Positions 1-11,149 are shown, counted from the whole stretch's first letter. The stretch: DNA of 63,826 nucleotides, filler included, from Stramenopiles sp. TOSAG23-2 (GCA_900128395.1; 7 parts of 7 records of this genome joined end to end with filler, not necessarily neighbours in it), one strand, 5' to 3'. The notes: generated from the letters alone by a model not told the origin. Program-made: numbers and translations.

Positions 1-311
1 TTACTAATATCCATAATCGGCATATTTTGATAAAATTACTCTATTATAATGCTATTTCTTTGCTAATATTTTCGGAAAATCTACCGTGCCAGCATGCTGG
101 CATGCCCTAAGGCATGCACAAATAAAAAAGGAGGGGCGGCATTTTCATTGTTGTTATAGATTCATATATATAAAAAGAAATAAATGCTAAGAGACGCTCA
201 CTTGTAATTCCAACCTACAAACATCGTAAATATATATATATATATAAGATATACAAGATATATCTATCTATACATATACATATATCTACGATTATATTAT
301 ACTGTTGTACA

Positions 312-2615
312 ATGCATCACCTTATGCAATATATAGTGGTATTGTTCGTTATTTTAATTTCTATTATTGTAAATGTACATGCACACTCAGTACGTAACTA
401 TGTAGCAATAACGGACTCTGCACCAGGAACACCTAAAGTTACAGGTATCAAAGTGTTACAAACGTTATTCAAAGTATTGCAAATAACAAATGTAGATCCG
501 CAAGAATGTGTAAAGGATATCACTGGTGCAGGCGTACATTTTCGTGATTTTGCTGATGATCTTCATAATAAAGATTTTAAAACAGGTATTGATTCATTAG
601 AGAAAGGTATTTCTTCTTTATCTTCGTCTGTTAGTGGGTGTGGTGTACAGGAAGTGCAAACAAAGTTGGATGCACTAGCACTTGCAATTAAATTCGCAAA
701 AATATCAAAGTTAGATGATGCAGTGAAGATTGTCGTTGGTGCATCTGATCTATGGACCAATATCGAAGTGTTGGCAAAAGCAGCAAAAGATGGTGATGCA
801 TCTGGTATTGGAAATGCTATAGGTAAATTATTAAGTAAATGGACCCAAGTCACGGGAGGTTGTAAAAAGAAAAAAGGATGTCTTATGGTCGACGGTGTTA
901 TTCGTATCATACAAACAGTCGCAAAGGATTTAGGCCCATGTGAAAATGCATTATCGCCAATTGTTAACGATATGGAATCGGTGGCTGGTGATTTTAGGAA
1001 AGAAGATTATTCAAAAGCTATTAAAGATTTAGCAACGACGTTAGAAAAAACTGGAGAAGCATTACAAAGTGACTCGTGTGGGTTGAAAAATATGGGAGAA
1101 TTAATTGGTAAACTTTCACCAAAACTAGGAAAAGCAATTGTAAAAGTTGAGAAAAGCAAAGATGTTGCAATTATTGTCGGCACGGCAAATGTATATGATG
1201 CAATTTTTAAAGCTGTTGAAGCAATTACAAAAGGCGATTTTAGATCTTTCGGTATGCAAATTGGTACATTATTGCGTCAACTCCGTGCCTCTCATTGTAG
1301 TACAAAAGCATGTGTTGTTGTAGAAGGTATTATGGCAAGTGTGCAAATGGAAAGTAGTGATTTTGATAGTTGCATGAAAGATGCCGATGGTAGTTGGAAA
1401 TATATTACGGAAGCGATGGGTTATTTTAAAGGCCGTTATCCAATTCATGGTGCAAAATTATTAGGACAAGCATTTGTTAAATTAGCTGATGCAGTCGAAG
1501 ATTGCAATGTCCCTAAAATTGCTAAAGTGGCAGAGCAAATGTTTACAAAATTAAATGACAATACGATATCAAATGATATTGGCACCGTAGTGCAAGTATT
1601 AGTAGACAGCGCCGATGTGACCCATGATATGAATAAAGCTATATTAGATTTCCACAGTGAAAATTGGGCTGGTCTAGGAGGAGATTTGCATACGTTTGCA
1701 ACATTTTTAAGCGATGCAAAGTGTAATTCAGTTGCATGCAAAGTGGTAGAAGGAATATTGAATGCTGGTGGCGTTGCATTAAAAGATTTAAAAGGATGCG
1801 AAGCTGATATTAAAAAATCTATCAATGGATTTTCATATGGTGCACAACAATTTGAAGATAAGAAATTTGGAGATGCAGTAAAAAGTTGGGCTGGGTCTTT
1901 AAATACCATTGCGCGCAGCGTCACCGATTGCGGATTAGACAATGAAATTAAATACATAGAGCAAGAAGCAAATGTGTTAGGATATGCAAATGCATCTACT
2001 AAAATTGGAGATGATTTTGCAATTTTAGTCCATGGCGTCGATTTTTACAAAGAATTGTATGCCACGGTGAAAGATATGAAAGATCATGATTATCGTGGTG
2101 CCGGTGGCAATTTACAAAAAGTGATGAATCAATTAGCCCAATGGACTGAAAAACATGCTTGTACAAGCGATTTTTGTTACATCGTTGTCGGTGTATTCCA
2201 ATTTTTGGGTGATATGGAAGGAAGTGTCAAAACATGCGAAGCAGATTTTAAAAATGCATTTGGTGATTTTAAAAGTGCATGGCATAGTTTTGCTGAGTCT
2301 CACGGTGGTATATTCCATTGGAAGAGAAATGAAGATGACATTCGTAAAGGTGTTAAACAAATTGGCGATGGTATGAAACTTGTCGCAAAAGGCGTTTCTG
2401 ATTGCCACCTTGAAGAATTTGCGGATATTTTGTCTAAACTTGCAATTAAACTTGGTATTGTCCCAGAAGTCGGTTGGATAGAAGAGATATTGCATATTGT
2501 AATTGAAGGTGTAAAAATAGAAAATGAAATTGGTGATGCATGTGATGATTTTGGAAATAAAAACTGGGTTGGTTTTGGATATAATGTTGCCAGATTGGTA
2601 AAGACATTGGTGTAA
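312..2615 (+). CDS. Secreted protein of five ~145-aa Cys-containing helical repeats, function unknown
   Basis: 767-aa ORF with a hydrophobic N-terminal signal (YIVVLFVILISIIVNVHA). Recurring unit: C(4-5x)C-x-[VM]-[VD]-x-G ... C-x-x-D ... V-x-D-C ... I-[IL]-V-x-G/A-x-D ... [DN]-[WFY]-x-x-x-G-x-x-[IL]. Confidence 0.85.
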   Translation: MHHLMQYIVVLFVILISIIVNVHAHSVRNYVAITDSAPGTPKVTGIKVLQTLFKVLQITNVDPQECVKDITGAGVHFRDFADDLHNKDFKTGIDSLEKGISSLSSSVSGCGVQEVQTKLDALALAIKFAKISKLDDAVKIVVGASDLWTNIEVLAKAAKDGDASGIGNAIGKLLSKWTQVTGGCKKKKGCLMVDGVIRIIQTVAKDLGPCENALSPIVNDMESVAGDFRKEDYSKAIKDLATTLEKTGEALQSDSCGLKNMGELIGKLSPKLGKAIVKVEKSKDVAIIVGTANVYDAIFKAVEAITKGDFRSFGMQIGTLLRQLRASHCSTKACVVVEGIMASVQMESSDFDSCMKDADGSWKYITEAMGYFKGRYPIHGAKLLGQAFVKLADAVEDCNVPKIAKVAEQMFTKLNDNTISNDIGTVVQVLVDSADVTHDMNKAILDFHSENWAGLGGDLHTFATFLSDAKCNSVACKVVEGILNAGGVALKDLKGCEADIKKSINGFSYGAQQFEDKKFGDAVKSWAGSLNTIARSVTDCGLDNEIKYIEQEANVLGYANASTKIGDDFAILVHGVDFYKELYATVKDMKDHDYRGAGGNLQKVMNQLAQWTEKHACTSDFCYIVVGVFQFLGDMEGSVKTCEADFKNAFGDFKSAWHSFAESHGGIFHWKRNEDDIRKGVKQIGDGMKLVAKGVSDCHLEEFADILSKLAIKLGIVPEVGWIEEILHIVIEGVKIENEIGDACDDFGNKNWVGFGYNVARLVKTLV

Positions 2616-2779
2616 AAAAAAGAATGTCCATTTGTGTAATACGCGAAGCGTCATGTTTTTTGTCAGTTTGTGTGGTGTGTGTGTATTGATGGTGTGTGTT
2701 TATTTTTATCGCATGTATGAGATTATTCGTATGATATATTTCTATTAGTGTTGCTAGTCGTCTATCATACTACATTATT

Positions 2780-3130
2780 ATAGCTGGAGGCCTGGACCTG
2801 GACTGGAATGGTAGGCCAGCTGGATAATACCTGGTAGCTATCAGATAGCCGGGCTATCCAGCTATCTATTATTAGCTGTCGTCTGTCGTCTATTATAGAT
2901 AGCTAGAGCTAGCTCTAGCTATCTCTAGCTAGCTAGCTCTACTGTATGCTGTATGTATCAGAGAGGATACATGTAGACTAATACTACGGAACCCCCGCTA
3001 TACATTATGGCAGCGATAATGGATAATGGTGATGGTGATAGCTGGATAGCCAGGATAGCCAGATAGCCTGGATAGCCTGGATAGACTACTGTATGTAGCC
3101 TGCCGGGCCTGGATAGCTGGATAGCCACAG
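2780..3130. repeat. Low-complexity CTGGATAGC/TAGC-based repeat with internal inverted repeats
   Basis: Many copies of (c)tggatagc and tagc. GGCTATCCAGCTATC (2852-2866) is the reverse complement of GATAGCTGGATAGCC (3037-3051 and 3112-3126). Confidence 0.7.
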
Positions 3131-4166
3131 ACGTGCAGACCACAGAAGTACTGGCAAGGAAAATCTCTGGTGTCCAGAGTACCACAGAAGTCTTGGGGAC
3201 CACATCTTCACTTGCACCAGTACAGTAATTATAACAGTACAGTATTATATTCTCCCTGTTTATGTTATTACACCAGTTATTGACGACAGCTAAGGACAGC
3301 AAAGCAGTTGCCAAAGAAAATTCTGAGTGTAACTAATAATTGTGAGGTGAGCCTGTGTGGCCCAGCTGGCGCGAGATCCGCATTTTTTACTGATTGATTT
3401 GAATGTTTAGCATATAAATAGCATTATAAAAATTATTTATTATTCTTATTCTAGAATTATAAAATCTTCAGGTCTTCAGCGAGACCGCTTCTTGATAGGA
3501 GAGTAAAATCATACCGTTAGAATACATATCCTATTCAATATATTTTTATTGGAGGTCTTTTCCCTGCAATATTTTTTAATTTTTAGATCAATTTCTCGCC
3601 CTGTGCCATCAATTTAACAGGTAAATAGCATTAAAGTTGCTATATACAGATAGAAGTCTTGAAGTGTTTGCTAAAACCTAATGAATTCGATATAGCATGG
3701 ACACACCATCCAACTACATCTCGTTTTACAAAATTCTTCTGAAATTTCCTGGCACTATATGCACTATATGCACTTTAAAAACAACATATAAATATACATA
3801 TAGACATATACGTTGGTGTAGATAATAAAACAAAAACATTACAAAATAACCAATCACAAGTACAATTAGATAAAATAAACCCTTTATCTTACGTACACAA
3901 AACAAAACACACATACATACATAGAAAACAAATACATATATATATATATTGTTTTTCTCCATAAACTTCGTTGATATAGAATTTCGTGTTTTTCATATTC
4001 AAATCGACGGTATAACAATATATAAAGCATATATACATATATTAACTGTATATATATACTATTCTAGCTATTTACAAAGTATTGGCGAAAGATTAAAAAC
4101 CCACAATACTTTAAAAAGGATATATCTAGGTAATTGCATTTTTGAATAAAATAATAAATAGAGATA

Positions 4167-5558
4167 ATGTTTAATTCTAATAATTCTGATGATAATGAAC
4201 AAAGTCTTTTAACGTCAACCAGTCCAACAGTATTAGACGATAATGAAACAAGCACACTTCGGTCCCTGCCGATTGATGCTAACATGACTATAATAAACGA
4301 TGATAAAGAAGGATCCCTTGCAACTCGAAGTGTAGATGCGATGCCGGCAGGAAACCTTACACTCTTCAATGCCGACGATAGCAACGATGATACTGTATAT
4401 AGATCATTATCCATATCGATGCAACCGACATTGTTCGCAGAGCCACAACTCCAACACAACAGCACAACACTGTTAGGGGGTAAGAGCGGACCAACTATGG
4501 AGCCCTATGAAATGGCAAATACAAAATTCAGCAGGTTACAACAAAAAGTACCTGATACCAATAACTTTAAAACTGATGCAATGGAAGTTGAAAATGATTT
4601 CACATTTGAAAGTTTCAGCGATAACAGCAAAGTAAGTGCAGCACCCGATAGTCTCGGTGCACCAGTGAAACCATCTTTCATAAATTATTGCGGAGACCAT
4701 TTTGATTATAATGGGACAGTAGAATATTTTCTCGAACAAATGGATCAAGTTTCTATTGAATGTTGCTGTGATTTATCATATAATAAACAAACATATGAAT
4801 TTGAAGTTCTTGCATATCCAACAGACCAAAAAATCCTATATGCAATTCAAATATATAGCGAACCTAAAAGAAATTGCCACGTAATTGAATTCCGTCGTTT
4901 AGATGGACCAGGATTCATATATCGTAATCATATTATGAGTGTATGGACAGCATTGAATAAACGTAACATTGGACCTGGAGTTTCAAGTAACGCGAGGCCT
5001 ATGATGCCAACGTTAAACATGGAAAGTCTGGATAAGGATGATGATTACAAAGTCAAAGCTGCTACTTTGTCACCAATGTTAAAAATGGTTGCATCTAAAT
5101 TATTAGATGTCAGTCGAACGGGACTTCAAATGCTTATCTCTGCAACAAAAGCAACTGCCACTCAAGATGCGTTAAAGGAGACAAAAGCGATGACAACTGT
5201 AATCGATGTTGCACTTGCTTCGGAAAATGCAGAAATTGATCGTTGCACTGGTGCTGTATTAAGAGAAGGAGTCATCATGCATCATGAAGAAATCAAACAA
5301 AGAATAATTGATCTTGTCATTGAAAAACTTACGAAAACCTTGTCAAAAGACATTTCGCTGCAAAAGGAAATTGTAGAAGTACAACGTAATTATATTGCTG
5401 TATTGTTTAATTTATGCCAAATTAACAATGGTGCATATCATGATACGTTAAGAGAGAAAGGTGCTCTTATAGTTGTAGGCAAAATCATTGCTAGTACAGA
5501 ATGCAAAAGGTTAGAAAATAACGCGAAAAATGTTGCTACATTATTAAAGCCATTTTAA
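4167..5558 (+). CDS. KA1-like domain plus ARM/HEAT-like helical protein, no kinase domain
   Basis: 463-aa ORF. YAIQIYSE...HVIEFRRLDGPGFIYRNHI resembles the KA1 signature (V.FRR..G....F). The C-terminal half is amphipathic-helical (LKETKAMTTVID; LREKGALIVVGKII). Confidence 0.6.
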   Translation: MFNSNNSDDNEQSLLTSTSPTVLDDNETSTLRSLPIDANMTIINDDKEGSLATRSVDAMPAGNLTLFNADDSNDDTVYRSLSISMQPTLFAEPQLQHNSTTLLGGKSGPTMEPYEMANTKFSRLQQKVPDTNNFKTDAMEVENDFTFESFSDNSKVSAAPDSLGAPVKPSFINYCGDHFDYNGTVEYFLEQMDQVSIECCCDLSYNKQTYEFEVLAYPTDQKILYAIQIYSEPKRNCHVIEFRRLDGPGFIYRNHIMSVWTALNKRNIGPGVSSNARPMMPTLNMESLDKDDDYKVKAATLSPMLKMVASKLLDVSRTGLQMLISATKATATQDALKETKAMTTVIDVALASENAEIDRCTGAVLREGVIMHHEEIKQRIIDLVIEKLTKTLSKDISLQKEIVEVQRNYIAVLFNLCQINNGAYHDTLREKGALIVVGKIIASTECKRLENNAKNVATLLKPF

Positions 5559-6676
5559 AGTAATTTGGCGGAAATGGTAAATCGGGTCGGGTACACGTGT
5601 ACGTGTATATACATTTATATAATGATGATATTATATTTGTATGGATTTGCGTAAGTTAATATTTTGGTACAAAGTATTGGTGATGCAACTCACGAAAACA
5701 ATACAGGCGGTACTATGGTTATTACTGTGAATTATTATTACAAACGTACAATACATTGAAGGAATTGAACGTATCTAATAATAATAATATTACTGATGAA
5801 AAAAGTATTGGTAAAGAATTTAAAACGAACGATACATTAAAGTATTAAAAGCGAGTAATACATTAATGCAATTGTTTATGCAGTATCGGAAAAGACACCC
5901 AGGGAGAGCGGTAGTACAGTAATATAAAGGAGATGGATCAATCAGGTATATATCAACGATTGGAAAATATCGAGGATGTTGATATATATACTAAATAAAT
6001 GAACAAATACCATTCGTTGTATGATAGCAGCTACAAGTGAAGCAACATTAATTTGTATCGATATACAGGATGGAAAGATGATAAAAACGAAATGGAAAAG
6101 AGAGACATATGCAAATGCATATGTTGGTGAATGAAAGAAGATAATTGAAAGAGAAAATGGAAATAGTACATATATATGCCTAATGGAGTGAATGTCATAT
6201 GAAGATGATAAGAGACATGAAAAAAGGCAAAATGGAAACAAAAACAAGGGGAGCGGGTAGAGAAGGGAAAAAATAATTTTTCGTCGTACGATCAAGTACA
6301 CGAATATTTTTATTAAAACATATCATATACATATATATATATATATATTTAAATCGAAAACTCCTACTCGTAAGATAATATACGTCGTACGTGTCGTATA
6401 TATATCTGGCCCTCTTTATAAATTATTAAAATATTAAATATTTTCAAAAGTGTTGTTTAACCAACCTGCATATCTCGTATGATATATGATACCATATATT
6501 TTCAAGCTTTGTGCTCATGTACTTTATACTAGACACAATAATATATATATATATATATCACCCATCCTTAACAAATAAAGAACAATATATAAATTCTTTT
6601 TATTAACTATTCATACACATATTTGCTGTAAAATATTAGCAGAAAGATTGTCAATTTGTCCCATATACACGTCAAT

Positions 6677-9600
6677 ATGTTGAAACAAACCAATAGCCGC
6701 AATGAAGATTTGGATCATGAAAGAGGCAGAAATTCAGAAAGCGAAATGCCAAGTGACAGTGAATATACTACAGATGAAATAAGTGGGTATGATGGAATCT
6801 CCACTGACGACCAGTCATTATTATTTGTTATACCAGATACGGGATGGAAGTATTCTACGCAAGATGTTAATGAAGACATGCCAACTATAGAAGAACAAGA
6901 ACTATTGAGTAACATACAAGATCTGCAATTGAAATTAATGAAAGTGAGAGAAGAAAAAGTTAGAATTCGGGAAGATGCTGTATCTGATGTGGAATTAAAT
7001 AATTACAATAATAATGGTAATATAAACGGCACTACTACAACTACTACTACTAATGATAATAATGATGACGATAATAATAACAACAACAATAATAGCAACA
7101 TGAACCAACAGATGCCATTTAGGGATAATAATCCAAACAATGTAAATAATATGAAAAACAATTCAAATTTAAATAATGATGGGAACCTAAACAATGACAA
7201 CAATAATCATATTATATCAGAGTCTGTCGAAAGAAGTGGACGTACAATTGTTGTCTCAAATCGTTTACCCGTGTTAATATCAAAAGATCCAGTGACTGGT
7301 AGACGGACAATTAAAATGGCATCCGGTGGGCTAGTAACAGCACTAAATGGTGTACGAACATCAATGGATTTTTACTGGTTAGGTTGGGTGGGAGAAGATA
7401 TACCGTTAAAAGAACGCCCTGCATTAAGACAGGAACTAATGGAAGAACATGAGTGTATTCCAATATTTATTCCGCCAGAGTTAGCACAACTGTATTATAG
7501 TGGATTTTGTAATAATGTATTATGGCCACTTTTTCATTACGAGTTATTGCCAAGTTTTAGACCAGGTGTAGAAAAGAAATTTGATCGTTCGTTATGGAAA
7601 GCATATAAAAAAGTTAATATTTTGTTTGCCGATGCCATAAAAGATATTTACGAGGAAGGGGATGTGATTTGGGTCCACGACTTTCATTTAATGTTAGTGC
7701 CTCAAGGATTGCGTGAACGTAACATTGAAACTGCAATTGGATGGTTTTTACATGTGCCCTTTCCATCAAGTGATATCTATCGTATTTTGCCAGTGCGAAA
7801 TGAAATTTTAATGGGTGTCTTGGCAGCTGATTTAATTGGTTTTCATACATATGATTATGCTAGGCATTTTTTATCATCTTGCTCCCGTGTATTAGGTTTA
7901 GAAACGTCGATTAAAGGTGTCAATCTAAGAACAAAACGTCATTTTTGCACGATCGGAGTTCATCCAATTGGAATTGAACCAATGCATTTTCGAGGTATAT
8001 TGCAACGAGAGTCAACACAAAATAGAATATTAGATTTAAAGAAACAATTTGAAGGAAAGAAAGTTTTACTAGGTGTGGATCGTTTGGATTATATTAAAGG
8101 AATGCCACATAAACTTTTAGCATTTGAATTGTTTTTACGACATTATCCAGAATTTTGTGGTAAAGTTGTTATGATACAGATTGGTATACCGTCACGTACT
8201 CAGGTACGTGAATACAGGAAATTAATGGGCCAGGTAAATGAATTGATTGGGCGTATCAATGGGGCATATGGAACATTGGAGTATACTCCTATACATTACA
8301 TACAGCGAAGTGTAAGCACAGAGGAACTTTGTGCATGTTATGTTGTTGCAGATGTTTGCTTAGTAACCTCCTTACGTGATGGTTTAAATTTAGTAAGTCA
8401 TGAATATATATTGATGCAAAATCAACGAATGAAACATTATGACGATGAAGATCATACCATCAGCAATAAGCACAATACACCAGGCGTATTACTTCTAAGT
8501 GAATTTACTGGAGCCATTCAATCGTTAAGCGGTGCTATGCGTATCAACCCATGGAATACCGAAGCTGTTGCGACAAGCATTATGCAAGCATTGACAATGG
8601 ACCCCGCATTGCGTCGACTACAACAATCCAAATTATATCGTTATGTAACAACGAATACCTCTTCACATTGGGCAAGTTCATTTCTTACTGATATGTCTCT
8701 AGCATCTGCAAAATCGAGGCAGGAAAGGCATAAATTTTCGAAAAAAAAGCCAGTGACATTAAAGCGAATAGTGCAAAGCTATAAGCGATCAAAATGTAGA
8801 CTATTGGTAATAAATTATGATCGTGTGCTAGCGTCAGATACATGGGATTCGCAATTCCTACCGCCAGTACAATTTGTAGATGCGTGTTTACGAAGTTTAA
8901 CAGCAGATAAACGCAACATCGTTGTGTTATATAGTGGCCGTGACAAAGATACTTTAACCACTTGGTTTGGGTCCATACCACGTTTAATTTTAGGGGCTGA
9001 ATATGGTGCATTTGTTAAATTAGACAAAACGCGCGAGTGGATATCATTAGTATATGAAAATATCGAACAAGTGAAATGGAAAGAAGCTGTATTGCCTATT
9101 GTCAAAGATTTTAATGATCGCACTCCCGGTAGTGAAATTGAAACGAAGGAACATAGTATTACATGGTTTTATGGAGACGCTGATCCTGCATTTGGAGAAT
9201 GGCAAGCGAAGGATATGTTATCGCACTTGGAAGAAGTATTGGGAAATTATCCCGTTCAATTAGTCAAGCGCGAAAAGGCATTAGAAATTCGTGCTCTTTC
9301 ATGTGGACAAAAGGAATTTTTAGAGTATGTTATTCAAACACTTTTTGATAAAACTGCTGAGAAAGATACAGAACGATTAAATAATAATGATAATATTAAT
9401 ATGCAGAAACATTTACGACGGCGTCCGTACGATTTTCTACTTTGCTCCGTTGGGAATTCATCCAGTGATAAAATTTTAGTGGATTATCTTGATCAATTGA
9501 AAGGTGATAGTGAAGCAGAATTTTTCTCCCCAGCTGATGTTAAAGCTTATTTTTGCCAATCATCGAAATCTGGTCTGTTGTTTGGAGATTACGTATTTGA

Positions 9601-9721
9601 AAGCTCAGGTGATGTTCGTAAGTTATTCCGTAATTTATCCGCATCTGCTGCGAAGGATCAACAAAAAATAAGAGCACCAAAGAGTAAAAAATTGGAGTCG
9701 ACAAACCAAAATCGGCGTTGA
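6677..9721 (+). CDS. TPS1: Trehalose-6-phosphate synthase (GT20) fused to a degenerate TPP (HAD) domain
   Basis: Motifs VVSNRLP, SGGLV, WPLFHY, WVHDFHLM, FLHVPFPS, GFHTYDYARHF, GVDRLDYIKG, RDGLNLVSHEY, LLSEFTGA, INPWN. The TPP-like half has SGRD, GAEYG, RTPGSEIETKEHSITWFY, DPAFGEWQA. First ATG is at 6677 (the ORF track starts at a TTG). Confidence 0.95.
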   Translation: MLKQTNSRNEDLDHERGRNSESEMPSDSEYTTDEISGYDGISTDDQSLLFVIPDTGWKYSTQDVNEDMPTIEEQELLSNIQDLQLKLMKVREEKVRIREDAVSDVELNNYNNNGNINGTTTTTTTNDNNDDDNNNNNNNSNMNQQMPFRDNNPNNVNNMKNNSNLNNDGNLNNDNNNHIISESVERSGRTIVVSNRLPVLISKDPVTGRRTIKMASGGLVTALNGVRTSMDFYWLGWVGEDIPLKERPALRQELMEEHECIPIFIPPELAQLYYSGFCNNVLWPLFHYELLPSFRPGVEKKFDRSLWKAYKKVNILFADAIKDIYEEGDVIWVHDFHLMLVPQGLRERNIETAIGWFLHVPFPSSDIYRILPVRNEILMGVLAADLIGFHTYDYARHFLSSCSRVLGLETSIKGVNLRTKRHFCTIGVHPIGIEPMHFRGILQRESTQNRILDLKKQFEGKKVLLGVDRLDYIKGMPHKLLAFELFLRHYPEFCGKVVMIQIGIPSRTQVREYRKLMGQVNELIGRINGAYGTLEYTPIHYIQRSVSTEELCACYVVADVCLVTSLRDGLNLVSHEYILMQNQRMKHYDDEDHTISNKHNTPGVLLLSEFTGAIQSLSGAMRINPWNTEAVATSIMQALTMDPALRRLQQSKLYRYVTTNTSSHWASSFLTDMSLASAKSRQERHKFSKKKPVTLKRIVQSYKRSKCRLLVINYDRVLASDTWDSQFLPPVQFVDACLRSLTADKRNIVVLYSGRDKDTLTTWFGSIPRLILGAEYGAFVKLDKTREWISLVYENIEQVKWKEAVLPIVKDFNDRTPGSEIETKEHSITWFYGDADPAFGEWQAKDMLSHLEEVLGNYPVQLVKREKALEIRALSCGQKEFLEYVIQTLFDKTAEKDTERLNNNDNINMQKHLRRRPYDFLLCSVGNSSSDKILVDYLDQLKGDSEAEFFSPADVKAYFCQSSKSGLLFGDYVFESSGDVRKLFRNLSASAAKDQQKIRAPKSKKLESTNQNRR

Positions 9722-9822
9722 AATTGTATTTATCTGTATACGCACGCACACACATATTTACGAAAAACACAAACAACCAGTTCTACGAACATATTACGCG
9801 TATGATAAATATATATTTCGTA

Positions 9823-9996
9823 GATTGAGTATTGAGCGTATGATAGCCTGGATAGTATTTTCCATTACCATGGGAAGTAAAATTATTATAAACATCAATA
9901 TATTTCGTAATATATAAAATATATTATAACTTAGATCATACGCGTACGACTTTTTGTACGAAGTATGTATCATATATAAAATGTTCTCTTACTCAT
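9823..9996 (-). repeat. Dispersed repeat family copy (reverse orientation)
   Basis: The reverse complement contains ATGAGTAAGAGAACATTTTATATA, ATCTAAGTTATA, TATAATAATTTTACTT and GCTCAATACTCAATC, shared with copies at 12338, 13958, 24901 and 30736. Confidence 0.7.
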
Positions 9997-10144
9997 GTAT
10001 CATATATATACCATACACGAATGTTTTTTTCAATATTCCATTTTTGACTTGGTAGTTTTCAATAACGTACAATTTTTCTGACTTTTTTCCCTCTACTTTT
10101 GAAATCCACATTAAACTTGATGGTTCCATATTTAAATATCCTCG

Positions 10145-10244
10145 NNNNNNNNNNNNNNNNNNNNNNNNNNNNNNNNNNNNNNNNNNNNTTAATTAATTAA
10201 NNNNNNNNNNNNNNNNNNNNNNNNNNNNNNNNNNNNNNNNNNNN
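10145..10244. other. Artificial contig spacer
   Basis: 44 N + TTAATTAATTAA (stops in all six frames) + 44 N. Confidence 0.99.
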
Positions 10245-10566
10245 TGATTAATAGAGATCAAAAAAGCATAGCAACACCATTGAAAATCTTTTTTTTTTTG
10301 TTCTAGAATCTCTATTTGTGGCTATACGACAAATTTAAAATTTGTAAGCTGAGTGAGTATAAAAAAAAAGGGAGTGCTATTACGTGCTATTAATACCATA
10401 TGGTATATTTGTCACGGGCCATAAAAAAAAAAGGTATATATATATATATTCAATATATATATCTTTCGGAGGTGCATGAATACACAATAAAATATAATTA
10501 ACATATATCTTATAATATTTTAAATCAAGTAACAAAACAAAACAGAACCTACAACCATAAAAATTA

Positions 10567-11149
10567 ATGCCAAGAAAGAAAGTAAAACCGCCTAAGTCTG
10601 TAGGCACAGTGCCAAAAGAAGCATGGCCTGTAGCAACAATAGATATCAAACAGAGAATAGTTCCCGACTTAAAAAAAGGAACAATGTATTTGAACCCGCT
10701 TTACATCGACACAACAACTGAAGAAACAAGATCTAAAGATATAACAGATCAAAATGTCTCAACTAATAGGTATGGCAGTACCATAGATACCAAAAAATTT
10801 GAACTAATTCAAGTATATCGATGCGGTCAAATGAAGTGTTATACAGGTCGAACATGGAGCCATGTTGAATGCATTCATATTAAATATAAAATTTTCTAAT
10901 ATCAAAAAATTTGAACTAATTCAAGTATATCGATGCGGTCAAATGAATTGTTATACAGGTCGAACATGGAGCCATGTTGAATGCATTCATATTAAATATA
11001 AAATTTTTTTAAGTCAAGCGGAACGGCATGGATTTATGAGAAACTTACGTCGCTTTGTTACCGTTGCAGCTGCAGTGCCAAAGAATATAAGCTTGTGCAC
11101 AGACCCTACAATTAACGAGGAAGATTTTTTTAAATCTTTCTTGGCGTAG
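10567..11149 (+). CDS. Hypothetical small protein or decayed ORF, split by a 112-bp-period duplication
   Basis: ORFs 10567-10899 and 10862-11149 share KKFELIQVYRCGQMxCYTGRTWSHVECIHIKYKIF. Collapsing the two copies gives one ~156-aa ORF. No family recognised. Confidence 0.35.
10791..11007. repeat. Near-exact tandem duplication (105 bp x2, 7-bp spacer, 1 mismatch)
   Basis: 10791-10895 vs 10903-11007; gaagtg vs gaattg. Confidence 0.9.

Noticed and set aside
2958-3314. 118-aa minus-strand ORF
   Set aside because: It runs through the TGGATAGC repeat, starts at TTG and has no protein-like features.
3351-3388. tRNA-like 5' half (GCCTGTGTGGCCCAGCTGG, A-box-like) followed by T6
   Set aside because: No anticodon arm, no GTTCRA T-loop/B-box and no acceptor-stem partner.
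3693-3705. TAGCATGGACACA, also inverted at 61121-61133; faint likeness to U6 snRNA
   Set aside because: No ACAGAGA box or other U6 features. The 13-bp match alone is too short to define a repeat family.
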